This document shows, piece after piece, positions 46,088-55,394 of a DNA stretch of 64,000 bases. The position numbers were made by a program, and so were the translations under genes. The DNA lies in contig JADHNN010000001.1 of the NCBI GenBank assembly GCA_016779485.1, forward strand, positions 2,681 through 66,680. The letters run 5' to 3'. This DNA comes from Gammaproteobacteria bacterium (GTDB lineage Bacteria; Pseudomonadota; Gammaproteobacteria; GCA-002705445; GCA-002716945). Each line of letters starts with the position of its first letter. Position 1 is the first letter of the stretch. A model generated the notes under the pieces. The model made no database searches and had not been told where the DNA came from. It saw only the letters and a program-made list of their open reading frames with translations.

Positions 46088-47158
46088 ATGACTAATAATC
46101 TTCAAATACTACTTACTGAAAAAGAAAAAATTAGCTTCTCGGAATATATGGATATTATCTTATTTGATAAAGATATTGGTTTCTATGAGTCAGAAGAGCT
46201 ATTTGGGGAGAAAGGGCACTTTGTAACATCTCCATTAGTATCAAAACATTTTTCACATTCTATAGGTAAACATTTTATTAAACTGTCAGTATTTGAAAAC
46301 ATAATTGAAGTTGGTGCTGGTGATGGCAGTCTAGCTGCAGATTTGCTTATTTTCCTTAGATCCTTAGATAAGCTGCCAAAAAAATATTATTTTGTAGAGA
46401 GATCAAAAAGACTTATTAAAAAACAGAAATCAATAATAAAGAAGAATTCACTTGAAAATTATTTAGATATTTATTGGGTAAGTGATTATATGGAACTACC
46501 AGATACTGCATTTGTAATATCAAATGAATTATTTGATTGCTTTCCAACCGATATTATCAAGTTTAAAAGTAATAAATATAAAAAAGCATATATAAATAAT
46601 GAATATAAAATTATGTGGGAAGATTTTTCATTTGATTCAGAAAATACAGCTAAAAATCTCAATCTCCCAAACAATCTTCCAGATAATTATATATTTGAAT
46701 ACAGTAAGCAACAAAATATGTTTGTTAGTGACATCTCAAAAGTAATAAAAAAAGCTTGTTTCTTAATATTTGATTATGGGTATTCTGCGAAAGAATTATA
46801 TCTAAAGGATAGAATGCAAGGAACTGTAACTTGTATTAGAAATCATCAATCAGATTTCAATCCTCTAGTTGATATTGGACTAAAAGATATTAGCGCCTTT
46901 GTTAACTATACTTTCTTAAAAAATATTTTTGAAAATAATGGATGGATTACTGAAGCATTCATGAATCAAAGTAATTATCTTCTAAGTTTTGATATACTTG
47001 ATGACGTTGACATACACAATGTAGATGAAATGAATGGTATAAAAAAATTAATCATGCCAAATCATATGGGTGAGGTTTTTAAAGTACTCATTGTAAAGAA
47101 AAATATTCCTGAAACAGGCGAAAATTTATTTATTAAAAATGACATAATAAAATTGTAG
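46088..47158 (+). CDS. DUF185/MidA-family SAM-dependent methyltransferase
   Basis: IIEVGAGDGSLAADLL is typical of MidA/NDUFAF7-like methyltransferases. Confidence 0.6.
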   Translation: MTNNLQILLTEKEKISFSEYMDIILFDKDIGFYESEELFGEKGHFVTSPLVSKHFSHSIGKHFIKLSVFENIIEVGAGDGSLAADLLIFLRSLDKLPKKYYFVERSKRLIKKQKSIIKKNSLENYLDIYWVSDYMELPDTAFVISNELFDCFPTDIIKFKSNKYKKAYINNEYKIMWEDFSFDSENTAKNLNLPNNLPDNYIFEYSKQQNMFVSDISKVIKKACFLIFDYGYSAKELYLKDRMQGTVTCIRNHQSDFNPLVDIGLKDISAFVNYTFLKNIFENNGWITEAFMNQSNYLLSFDILDDVDIHNVDEMNGIKKLIMPNHMGEVFKVLIVKKNIPETGENLFIKNDIIKL

Positions 47159-47922
47159 TGGATATATTAAACATAATAATTCTGTCACTCATACAAGGTA
47201 TCACTGAGTTTTTACCAATATCAAGTAGCTCACATTTAATTCTAATTCCAATGCTTACTGAGTATCCTGATCAAGGCGTAATGTTTGATATTGCTCTTCA
47301 TACAGGTTCTTTGTTAGCAGTAATAATCTATTACAGAAAAGAAATTATAAACGCTTTAAAACTGTCTGATCATAGTAACAACTTAATTAGATTGCTTATA
47401 ATTGGTTCGATACCTCTTCCTATTGCAGGGCTATTAATAATTGATTTTGTTTCTTACAATTTAAGGGGAATTGAAGTTATAGGATTAATGACAATTAGTT
47501 TTGCATTATTGCTACTTATTGCAGATAGAAAATCTGAAAATAATAAGGATATTGCTGACATTTCATCCATAGCAATATTAACGATAGGTTTATATCAGAC
47601 ATTGGCTCTAGTTCCAGGCGTATCAAGGTCAGGCATTGTAATAACTGCAGCATTGTTATTAAATTACAAGAGAATTGATGCTATCAAAATTGCATTCTTG
47701 TTATCGATACCGGCAATCTTCATGGCTAGTGTTTATAATGTTTTTGAGGTAACAAGCAGTGAAAATATCATTATTTATAAAGAACATTTCATTGGTATGA
47801 TTTTGTCTTTATTATTCTCATATATAACAATTCATTTATTTATAACTACAATAAATAAAATTAGTTTCACCCCCTATATTATCTATAGGATTTTGTTGGG
47901 GACTATGCTTTTAGTTTTCTAA
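47158..47922 (+). CDS. uppP: Undecaprenyl-diphosphatase
   Basis: The BacA signature [14 protein letters not shown] is present. It has a GTG start. Confidence 0.9.
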   Translation: MDILNIIILSLIQGITEFLPISSSSHLILIPMLTEYPDQGVMFDIALHTGSLLAVIIYYRKEIINALKLSDHSNNLIRLLIIGSIPLPIAGLLIIDFVSYNLRGIEVIGLMTISFALLLLIADRKSENNKDIADISSIAILTIGLYQTLALVPGVSRSGIVITAALLLNYKRIDAIKIAFLLSIPAIFMASVYNVFEVTSSENIIIYKEHFIGMILSLLFSYITIHLFITTINKISFTPYIIYRILLGTMLLVF

Positions 47923-48963
47923 AAAACCTTTGGTATGCTCGCTTGCAATATTATAATGCGCATCTTGAATTATTTGCTGTATTTCCTTTCCTGTTTTTTT
48001 CGAATCAACTTCGTTTAATTTATAAAGCTTAATTTTTTTTATAAGTTCTTTAAAAAAATCTGTATATTGAGTGTTACCGCTTATAATACTAAAAAAGTTT
48101 TCTAGTCTCTCAGATTTTCTAATATCAAGGTTCTTAATAATTAATAATAAGTGAGAAATGTTTTTTTCGTCAGGAATGTAATCAACTATCTCATCACTGC
48201 TTTTATTTAATAATTTTGCTAAATCTTTATATTCATTTGGTACTTTTAATTTAGTGCAAAAACTATCTAACTCTTTTATGCATTTGTGCATAAATAAAGA
48301 GATATTTAATAACTTATTTAAATTTTTATTAAAACAATCTGAGTTTTTATTATAACCCGGAATTATATAATCAATATTTAAATATTCTAAGTTTCTTAGA
48401 AACTCAAAGGGGTTATTAGATTTATAAAGCTCTAACCAAATCCTTTCTCCCGTAAGGTAATCTAATTCTCCACTATTCTTAATCTTATCTATTTCATAAA
48501 TAGTTTCTTTTGCTATGTCAAAACCACTTAAATTTGTTTTGAATCTTGCTGCTCTTAAAACTCTTAAAGGGTCCTCTGAAAATGCATTTGAAACATGCTT
48601 TAATTGTTTTTTTTTAACATCAAGTTGACCATTGAATGGGTCTATTAAATTTCCATTATCATCTTCGGCAATTGCATTAATTGTAAAATCTCTTCTTTCG
48701 AGATCCTCTTCAAGGCTGATGTTACTATTTGTATCAAAGTTAAAACCTGTATAACCATGTCCAGACTTTCTCTCTGTCCTAGCCAGTGCATATTCCTCAC
48801 CAGTTTTAGGATGAATAAATACTGGAAAATCTTTGCCAACTTGTTTGAAGCCCTTCGCTAACATTTCTTGAGGTGAAGAGCCAACAACAACCCAATCTTT
48901 CTCTTTGGGCTCTAGACCAAGAAGTTTATCTCTTACAGCACCGCCAACTAAATAGACTTTCAT
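47911..48963 (-). CDS. cca: tRNA nucleotidyltransferase (CCA-adding), short form without HD domain
   Basis: [17 protein letters not shown] is present. The poly(A) polymerase head domain is present, but the ORF is only 350 aa. Confidence 0.85.
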   Translation of the reverse strand: MKVYLVGGAVRDKLLGLEPKEKDWVVVGSSPQEMLAKGFKQVGKDFPVFIHPKTGEEYALARTERKSGHGYTGFNFDTNSNISLEEDLERRDFTINAIAEDDNGNLIDPFNGQLDVKKKQLKHVSNAFSEDPLRVLRAARFKTNLSGFDIAKETIYEIDKIKNSGELDYLTGERIWLELYKSNNPFEFLRNLEYLNIDYIIPGYNKNSDCFNKNLNKLLNISLFMHKCIKELDSFCTKLKVPNEYKDLAKLLNKSSDEIVDYIPDEKNISHLLLIIKNLDIRKSERLENFFSIISGNTQYTDFFKELIKKIKLYKLNEVDSKKTGKEIQQIIQDAHYNIASEHTKGFLEN

Positions 48964-49889
48964 TATCTTCCTGATGTTTTTCTAAACACATCAAGTTTTT
49001 TATTGTTATTACATAAGTAACTAGGAACAATTTCTTCAATTGTAGATGAGCCTTTTAAACCATCTATTGATATATTATCTTTTTGTAATGATTTGAAATT
49101 ATCTAATGTAAATATATTACCGGGTAAACATGTAAAAAAGAATGCCTGAAGTTTAGACAAAGAATAATTCAATGGAATAATTAATCTTCGAATTTTCATA
49201 GTAGACTTGATGAAGTTAATAAGTTCTATAAATTTATAGTTTTTAGGCCCAGTAACATTTTTAATCATATTATCATGAATATTATTCAGAACTGCTTGTT
49301 CCACAAATCCAGCAAGATCCTTGACATATATAGGTGAGAACATCGAGCCAGGACAGGCTAGCGGGAATATAGGAAGAAACATTAGAAGATTCTTGAAGCG
49401 ATTGAAGAATTGATCTTTTTCTCCAAAAACAATTGACGGTCTTAATATTACAGTTTTAAATGAATCGGACGTGATACTTGATATGTATTTATCTGCATTC
49501 CCTTTAGATTGCAAGTAACGGCTAGCGCCATTAGGGTCTGCGTTCAGTGCACTAAGCTGAATAAACTTTTTAACTTTACTTTCTTTTGATTTATTAATAA
49601 TTTTTTTTAAAAATTCAAAATGTATATCATTAAACTTATTCTTTCGTGTTTCATTTAAAATGCCAATTGAATTAATTACAATATCTGAATCAATAATATG
49701 TTTATTGTAGCTTGATGGAATATTTGGGTCATACAAGAATATTTTAACGTTTTTAATGACTTTAATATGGTTACATTTTTGAGTATTTCTTGTAAGGAGA
49801 CGTAATTCTGTAAAGTGTTTCGATAGTTTGTAGACAATCTCAGTAGCTATAAAACCAGAACCACCAAAAATTGTTAGGGTGTTAGACAT
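48963..49889 (-). CDS. NAD(P)-dependent epimerase/dehydratase family protein (NDUFA9/YbjT-like)
   Basis: The N-terminal [13 protein letters not shown] Rossmann motif is present. Confidence 0.7.
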   Translation of the reverse strand: MSNTLTIFGGSGFIATEIVYKLSKHFTELRLLTRNTQKCNHIKVIKNVKIFLYDPNIPSSYNKHIIDSDIVINSIGILNETRKNKFNDIHFEFLKKIINKSKESKVKKFIQLSALNADPNGASRYLQSKGNADKYISSITSDSFKTVILRPSIVFGEKDQFFNRFKNLLMFLPIFPLACPGSMFSPIYVKDLAGFVEQAVLNNIHDNMIKNVTGPKNYKFIELINFIKSTMKIRRLIIPLNYSLSKLQAFFFTCLPGNIFTLDNFKSLQKDNISIDGLKGSSTIEEIVPSYLCNNNKKLDVFRKTSGR

Positions 49890-50407
49890 TACTTAATACA
49901 ATATGGTTGTATATCCCAGTTATTGTTCTCAATAAAAATTTGCATGTAACAGGGTCCTCCATCGTTATTTCTAGTATGCCCTGCCGCTCCTGGATTTACT
50001 ATCCATGGATTAGAACTTTTATCACATACCTGATTATGAGTATGCCCATAAATAATTAATTTAGATTCCGGATATGCAAATCTTAAGTCGTCATGTGATG
50101 GATGATGGCCAAATCTATCACCATGTTCCACTGTTACAATATCATCACCAATAGTAAACTGTTCAACTTTGTTAAGTTTAGAGATAATCTCCTTATCTGT
50201 TGGATCCGAAAATCTTTCTGGAACATCATTATTTCCTGCAACTGCAACAACATTATTGCTATAAGATTCAAGTTGTTTAAGTATAGCGGTATTCATAATA
50301 TCGCCTGCATGCACAATCATGTCTGAATTTTCTAAATGGGGGATTATACTATCGTCTATAATTCCGTGAGTATCTGAAATTACACTAATTTTCTTAATAT
50401 CTGACAT
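49889..50407 (-). CDS. Metallophosphoesterase (YfcE-like)
   Basis: The MPP motifs DTHG, GD, GNND and GHTH are present. Confidence 0.75.
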   Translation of the reverse strand: MSDIKKISVISDTHGIIDDSIIPHLENSDMIVHAGDIMNTAILKQLESYSNNVVAVAGNNDVPERFSDPTDKEIISKLNKVEQFTIGDDIVTVEHGDRFGHHPSHDDLRFAYPESKLIIYGHTHNQVCDKSSNPWIVNPGAAGHTRNNDGGPCYMQIFIENNNWDIQPYCIK

Positions 50408-50413
50408 TAGATA

Positions 50414-50767
50414 CTAAAAAATTGTACATCCATAAATTTTGATATCTTCATCTTGCATGCCAAGAACAAGTCTACCCAAATACTCACCAGGTACTGATTC
50501 ACTGAATTGCTTAAATAAAACTGTTACATATTCATCTCTTTTTAAACAACCAAGTGCACTGTAATCAGGTGCTAGTTTTGCAAGAATAGGACTATTTGCC
50601 CACTGTTTGCCAAGAGTGACTTCATCAGCACCCATTAGCATTTTTTTTGAAAAGTTCTTTGTAAACCCACCATAGTCTTTGTTGTTAGAAGTTCTAATCA
50701 AGTCTTCCCATAGTGGGTTTGCAATATCTATTATCTCTTGATCTGATAGTTCTAATAGATTAGCCAT
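50414..50767 (-). CDS. Hypothetical protein co-transcribed downstream of aprA
   Basis: The start is taken at MANLLELSD, 10 nt after the aprA stop. The protein is 117 aa, has no His and two Cys, and shows no recognisable family. Its amino-acid composition looks protein-like. Its stop is 6 nt from the next gene. Confidence 0.45.
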   Translation of the reverse strand: MANLLELSDQEIIDIANPLWEDLIRTSNNKDYGGFTKNFSKKMLMGADEVTLGKQWANSPILAKLAPDYSALGCLKRDEYVTVLFKQFSESVPGEYLGRLVLGMQDEDIKIYGCTIF

Positions 50768-50777
50768 TATCTCTATC

Positions 50778-52631
50778 TCAAGAAACTTTCTCTGTCTCTT
50801 CATCCACTATGTGGTAGAGAGGCGCTTTTTCACATGTAAATTTACCTGTTTTTGGATCTCTTCTTGAGACTGTTAGACAGTGCCAATTATCATCATCCAA
50901 TTTAAGGAAATCGCCACGGTAGTAGTAACCAGGCCAACGTGTTTCTTCACGGAACAGTGTATGTTCACAAACACATTGTGAAACAAGTGTTCTATGCTTA
51001 AGTTCCCATGCTCTCATTAATTGATGATAGTCTTCAGCACCAATTTTCTCTAAGTCTTCTGTTAATGTATCAAGCAACTGAAGTCCTCGTTTAAGCATAT
51101 TCCCGTTAGTCATATAGTTTGTACCGATACCACCTGCATAGTCATCCATTATTTTTTGGAGACGTTGTAGACCTTGTATAGGTAATAGATAGCTTGGGGA
51201 TACTGTCCCTGCTGTGATTTCATTACGACCTATAGTGTAGTTTTCGAGAGGTTTATATACTTCCTCTTTGTACTTCTCTATTTGACTGTCTGAAACCCTA
51301 ATACCGACTGCTTTTTGATCTTGTATGTATTTAACAGCTGCTTTAGCGCATAATCTCCCTTCGGTAAATGAACCAGATGAGAATGCATGTGCAGTTCCGC
51401 CAGCTGCATCTCCTGCAGCAAACAATCCATCAACTGTCATCATACGGTTATAACCCCAGAAATATTCTGGTGGTGAAAGATCTTCAGGACCACTGCACCA
51501 TGCACCTGAACATGTAGCATGTGAACCCATAACGTAGGGCTCAGATGTTGTAAGTTCTGGGTTTTGGTATTTAGGATCTATATCTTGAGCTGCCCATACA
51601 ACAGCTTGACCTACAGTCATACCCAAGAAGTTTTCCCAACCAATTTCCTCAAGATGAGGGTCTTGGAATGCTTCCATAGTTACCATATGAATTGGACCGC
51701 CACCTGCAATTGTCTCTTGAATAAAAGCGTGGTTTCTGAGACATGTTGGTGTTGGTACATGATCTAAATAATCGCCAACAATCGCTTTTGTATTGTCGTA
51801 CCATTTTTTCTCATAATTTTCACCAGCAGCATTTTGAGTGTATGTTTTTAGATGTAGAAAATATGCACCAACAGGTCCATAACCATCTTTAAATCTAGTC
51901 AATACAATTCTATTTTCCATTTGAGTCATTTTCGCACCAACAGCAATTGGTAGAGCATATGCTGAGCCATTACTCCATGGTGCATACCATGTACGTCCCA
52001 TTCCTTCACCAACAGATCTTGGTTTGAAGATGTGTGATGCACCACCAGCGGCACAAACTACAGCTTTTGCTCTAAAGACATGGAATTCACCTGTACGCAT
52101 GTTGAAACCACACGCGCCACCAATTCTATTTTCTTTAGCTTCATCCATGAGTAAATGAGTGACCATAACTCTGTTATAAATTTTATCAGCTGATTTTTTA
52201 GCAGCTTCGGCTACTATTGGTTTATAGCTCTCACCATGTATCATGATTTGCCATTTTCCTTCTCTTTGATAACGTCCAGTCTCTTTATTTCTCATGAGCG
52301 GCAATCCCCACTCTTCGAACATATGGACAGCAGAGTCTACGTGACGAGCCATATCATAAGCTAGATCTTCACGTACCATACCCATTAAGTCATTTCTTGC
52401 ATATCTAACATGGTCTTCTGGAGCATTTTCACCCCACTGCATACCCATGTAGCAATTAATAGCATATAGACCTTGTGCAACAGCTCCACTTCTATCGATA
52501 TTAGCCTTTTCAGCAACAATGATTTTCATGTCTTTACCCCAATATCTTGCTTCGAAAGCAGCGCCGGTACCGGCCATACCTCCGCCTACAACAAGAATAT
52601 CGCAATCTTCATAATGTGTTTTTCTAGCCAT
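50778..52631 (-). CDS. aprA: Adenylylsulfate (APS) reductase alpha subunit
   Basis: The FAD motif ILVVGGGMAGTGAA is present. The protein is 617 aa with AprA-typical regions, and aprB sits directly upstream with a 1-nt overlap. Confidence 0.92.
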   Translation of the reverse strand: MARKTHYEDCDILVVGGGMAGTGAAFEARYWGKDMKIIVAEKANIDRSGAVAQGLYAINCYMGMQWGENAPEDHVRYARNDLMGMVREDLAYDMARHVDSAVHMFEEWGLPLMRNKETGRYQREGKWQIMIHGESYKPIVAEAAKKSADKIYNRVMVTHLLMDEAKENRIGGACGFNMRTGEFHVFRAKAVVCAAGGASHIFKPRSVGEGMGRTWYAPWSNGSAYALPIAVGAKMTQMENRIVLTRFKDGYGPVGAYFLHLKTYTQNAAGENYEKKWYDNTKAIVGDYLDHVPTPTCLRNHAFIQETIAGGGPIHMVTMEAFQDPHLEEIGWENFLGMTVGQAVVWAAQDIDPKYQNPELTTSEPYVMGSHATCSGAWCSGPEDLSPPEYFWGYNRMMTVDGLFAAGDAAGGTAHAFSSGSFTEGRLCAKAAVKYIQDQKAVGIRVSDSQIEKYKEEVYKPLENYTIGRNEITAGTVSPSYLLPIQGLQRLQKIMDDYAGGIGTNYMTNGNMLKRGLQLLDTLTEDLEKIGAEDYHQLMRAWELKHRTLVSQCVCEHTLFREETRWPGYYYRGDFLKLDDDNWHCLTVSRRDPKTGKFTCEKAPLYHIVDEETEKVS

Positions 52632-53122
52632 TAGTAATAAACTCCTTGTTTTAGTTTACCGATTTTCTGCATTTCTGGTAAACCGTCATTTGCAGTAGCG
52701 ATTTCTCCAGTTTTTAAATATTTTGGTTCATTGTAAAGAAGCTCTCCATCATATACATCTTTGCTTGGTGATGGCTCAGCTGCTAATTCAGGAATATATT
52801 CACCCCATGGTTTAGTTGTTATTGGTGAGCAAAAGTTTTTTTCTGTTCCATTTCTAAACTTAATCTTCCATGAAATAGTCCCTTTTTCTTCTTCACGTAA
52901 TGCTCTTACACTATGGCCCAATGGTGAAAAGTCAGCGTATCCACGAGCATCAATAGCATTTTGATCACATGCTTTGACGCATGAATAACATTCCCAACAC
53001 ATGTTTGGTTCAATATTTACAGCACGTCTGAGTGTTTTATCGATGTGCATGATGTCTGATGGGCAAATATCTACACACATACCGCAACCGTCACATCTGG
53101 TCATATATACAAAAGTTGACAT
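52631..53122 (-). CDS. aprB: Adenylylsulfate reductase beta subunit
   Basis: Two [4Fe-4S] ferredoxin motifs are present (CDGCGMCVDICP and CWECYSCVKAC). The AprB-specific C-terminal tail is also present. Confidence 0.9.
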   Translation of the reverse strand: MSTFVYMTRCDGCGMCVDICPSDIMHIDKTLRRAVNIEPNMCWECYSCVKACDQNAIDARGYADFSPLGHSVRALREEEKGTISWKIKFRNGTEKNFCSPITTKPWGEYIPELAAEPSPSKDVYDGELLYNEPKYLKTGEIATANDGLPEMQKIGKLKQGVYY

Positions 53123-53151
53123 AATCTTATCTCCTTATTTCCTTATAGTTA

Positions 53152-53943
53152 TTAATAATTTTTTGGTGACTCACGTCTTATACCCAACCCAAATTGTTTT
53201 GGTTTATCAGCTGGTGAAGGTAAATTACTATTTGAACCATCAGCTTCAGCTAAATGTTTTTGTATTGCTGCTCCAGGTTTGTAGAACATGTGAGCAAATT
53301 TAGACCAATACACTCCCCCAAACAGAACAATGTTTGAAACAATAAATAATATTAAAAATAGACCACTTAAAGCTGATCCAGCTCCTTGTGTTATAGACCA
53401 TAGTAATGCGGTAGATTGTGAAGCTAATAGAGCTAGTACAAATAAATCAGCAAACATTACATGGTGCCAAGGATGTCCCTCAGCTGATACGTTAACTCTG
53501 ATTGAGGACCAGAACCAAAAACCACCTACACATGTCATAAGTGCCCCAATATGCCATAGCATAGGAAGCATTGCAGGTGCAGCTGATGATGGTGTTGAGT
53601 AACTAAATATCAACATAGTTGATGTTACCCAAAAAATTATTGTGCCATACATGCCTAGAAGGTGTGCTGCACGACGTTGAAATGTGCAAAATTCAGATGA
53701 TGTCATAATATCTGATGCAACAGTTTTTGATATTATTGCAATTTTTTCGCCTGATGATAATTCTCTTGTTGCAGATTTTTTTGCTTTTTGTGCGTTTTCA
53801 AAAAAGTATTTAACATTCTTTTTATGCATCATATCGAGTACTACTCCACCTATCACTAAAAGAACCATAGCAACTAAAAAGGCTTGCATAGCAAAAGATG
53901 GTATAAATGCACCTAAATCTGAAAATGGATTGTAAGCTAGCAT
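53152..53943 (-). CDS. aprM: APS reductase membrane anchor AprM
   Basis: A 263-aa polytopic membrane protein 30 nt upstream of aprB. This is the arrangement seen in sulfur-oxidiser and SAR11-type sat-aprMBA clusters, which have AprM instead of QmoABC. Confidence 0.65.
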   Translation of the reverse strand: MLAYNPFSDLGAFIPSFAMQAFLVAMVLLVIGGVVLDMMHKKNVKYFFENAQKAKKSATRELSSGEKIAIISKTVASDIMTSSEFCTFQRRAAHLLGMYGTIIFWVTSTMLIFSYSTPSSAAPAMLPMLWHIGALMTCVGGFWFWSSIRVNVSAEGHPWHHVMFADLFVLALLASQSTALLWSITQGAGSALSGLFLILFIVSNIVLFGGVYWSKFAHMFYKPGAAIQKHLAEADGSNSNLPSPADKPKQFGLGIRRESPKNY

Positions 53944-54079
53944 GTTTTCTCCCTATTCTTAATAAAATCTAGTATCTTAGATACTACCCGATGAACATTA
54001 TAGCCAAAATTTAGAATATTAGGAATTAATTATTAACTTAATTTCACTTATTTCTTCACCCTATTTTTTAAGGTTTTTC

Positions 54080-55282
54080 TTAGCTTTTTTGCTGATAATA
54101 AGCCATCAAAATCTCAGCAACCTCTTTTCTCGCAAATTCAGGAGGTAAATCTTGACCCGCAGCAAGCATTTCTCTAACTTTGGTACCAGATAGAAGAACA
54201 AAATCTTCTTTACTATGGTCTTTAGCATCTCTCATCATGACTACTTCATTTAGTTTTTTTGAGTAAGCTGTGTGATCGGCCTTAAATATCTCTATTTTCA
54301 ATGAATCTTTAACAACATCTTGATCGAAAATATCTTGCGCACCAAAAGGCTCGTAATAATCGCCAACACCAGCATGATCACGACCTACAATCAAATGTGT
54401 GCATCCTGCATTCTGTCTAAAAACTGCATGGAGTAAAGCCTCTCTCGGTCCAGCATACATCATGTCAAAACCAAAGCCTGAAATAATCGCTGTATTCTCT
54501 GGAAAATAAATTTCAACCATTTTTCTAATTGCTGCATCCCTTACATCACCTGGTATATCTCCTTCTTTCAATTTGCCAAGTGTCATATGTATGAGGACTC
54601 CATCTGCCTCCAGTCTATCAAGTGCCATTTTGCATAACTCTTCATGAGCTCTGTGCATAGGATTCCTTGTTTGAAAGGCAACGGTTTTTGACCATCCAGC
54701 TTTGGTAAGCATTTCTCTTATTTGAGGAGCTGTAGCAAATGTTTCAGGGAAATCTGAAGGGAAATAACTATAGTTTAATACTTCTATGGACCCAGAAATT
54801 ATGTATCTTCCTTGACCTTTAAAGGTTTTCACACCAGGATGATTGTTATCATTGGTGCCAAATACATTGGTCACAATAACGTCTATATCCTCATCACTAA
54901 GTTTTTCTACATTCTCGACTCGTTGTATGGCTATGACTGGGTTTCCATCAACGTTAGGATCTTTAAGTGCGATTTCTTCACCATGTGTGTAATCAAGAGA
55001 ATTAGCATCAGTAGTAAGGTTCACAATAGGAACAGGCCAAAATAAATTATCTAAAGTAAGCATATCTTTTGAAACTCTTAGAGCTTCCTCTTTATTCATA
55101 TATCCTGTTAGAGGATTGAAATATCCTGCACCCAGCATAACTGCATTAGCGGCAGCTGCTGATGATATTTCTAATGTTCGCATTTCAGCTGCTGCTGATA
55201 GCATTGACGCACGAGCTAGCTCGTCTTCAATATAAAGAGTGTTTAATTCGTTTGAGCCATGCGGCATTATCAGATTAGTCAT
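54080..55282 (-). CDS. sat: Sulfate adenylyltransferase (ATP sulfurylase), dissimilatory type
   Basis: The motifs QTRNPMHRAHE and GRDHAGVG are present. The protein is 400 aa and has no APS-kinase domain. Confidence 0.93.
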   Translation of the reverse strand: MTNLIMPHGSNELNTLYIEDELARASMLSAAAEMRTLEISSAAAANAVMLGAGYFNPLTGYMNKEEALRVSKDMLTLDNLFWPVPIVNLTTDANSLDYTHGEEIALKDPNVDGNPVIAIQRVENVEKLSDEDIDVIVTNVFGTNDNNHPGVKTFKGQGRYIISGSIEVLNYSYFPSDFPETFATAPQIREMLTKAGWSKTVAFQTRNPMHRAHEELCKMALDRLEADGVLIHMTLGKLKEGDIPGDVRDAAIRKMVEIYFPENTAIISGFGFDMMYAGPREALLHAVFRQNAGCTHLIVGRDHAGVGDYYEPFGAQDIFDQDVVKDSLKIEIFKADHTAYSKKLNEVVMMRDAKDHSKEDFVLLSGTKVREMLAAGQDLPPEFARKEVAEILMAYYQQKS

Positions 55283-55394
55283 AGAATTTCTACCTATATT
55301 TTAATTTAAATTAATTTATCATGTGAAGACAAATATTATAATGCATTAAAAAAGATATCAAAGAGGAATTATTGTTACAAAATAGGGGTTAGCA

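Noticed and set aside
53944-54079. Short inverted repeat tagtatc-tta-gatacta between sat and aprM
   Set aside because: It has a 7-bp AT-rich stem with no U-tract, so it is too weak to call a terminator or attenuator. It could simply be part of an internal aprM promoter region.
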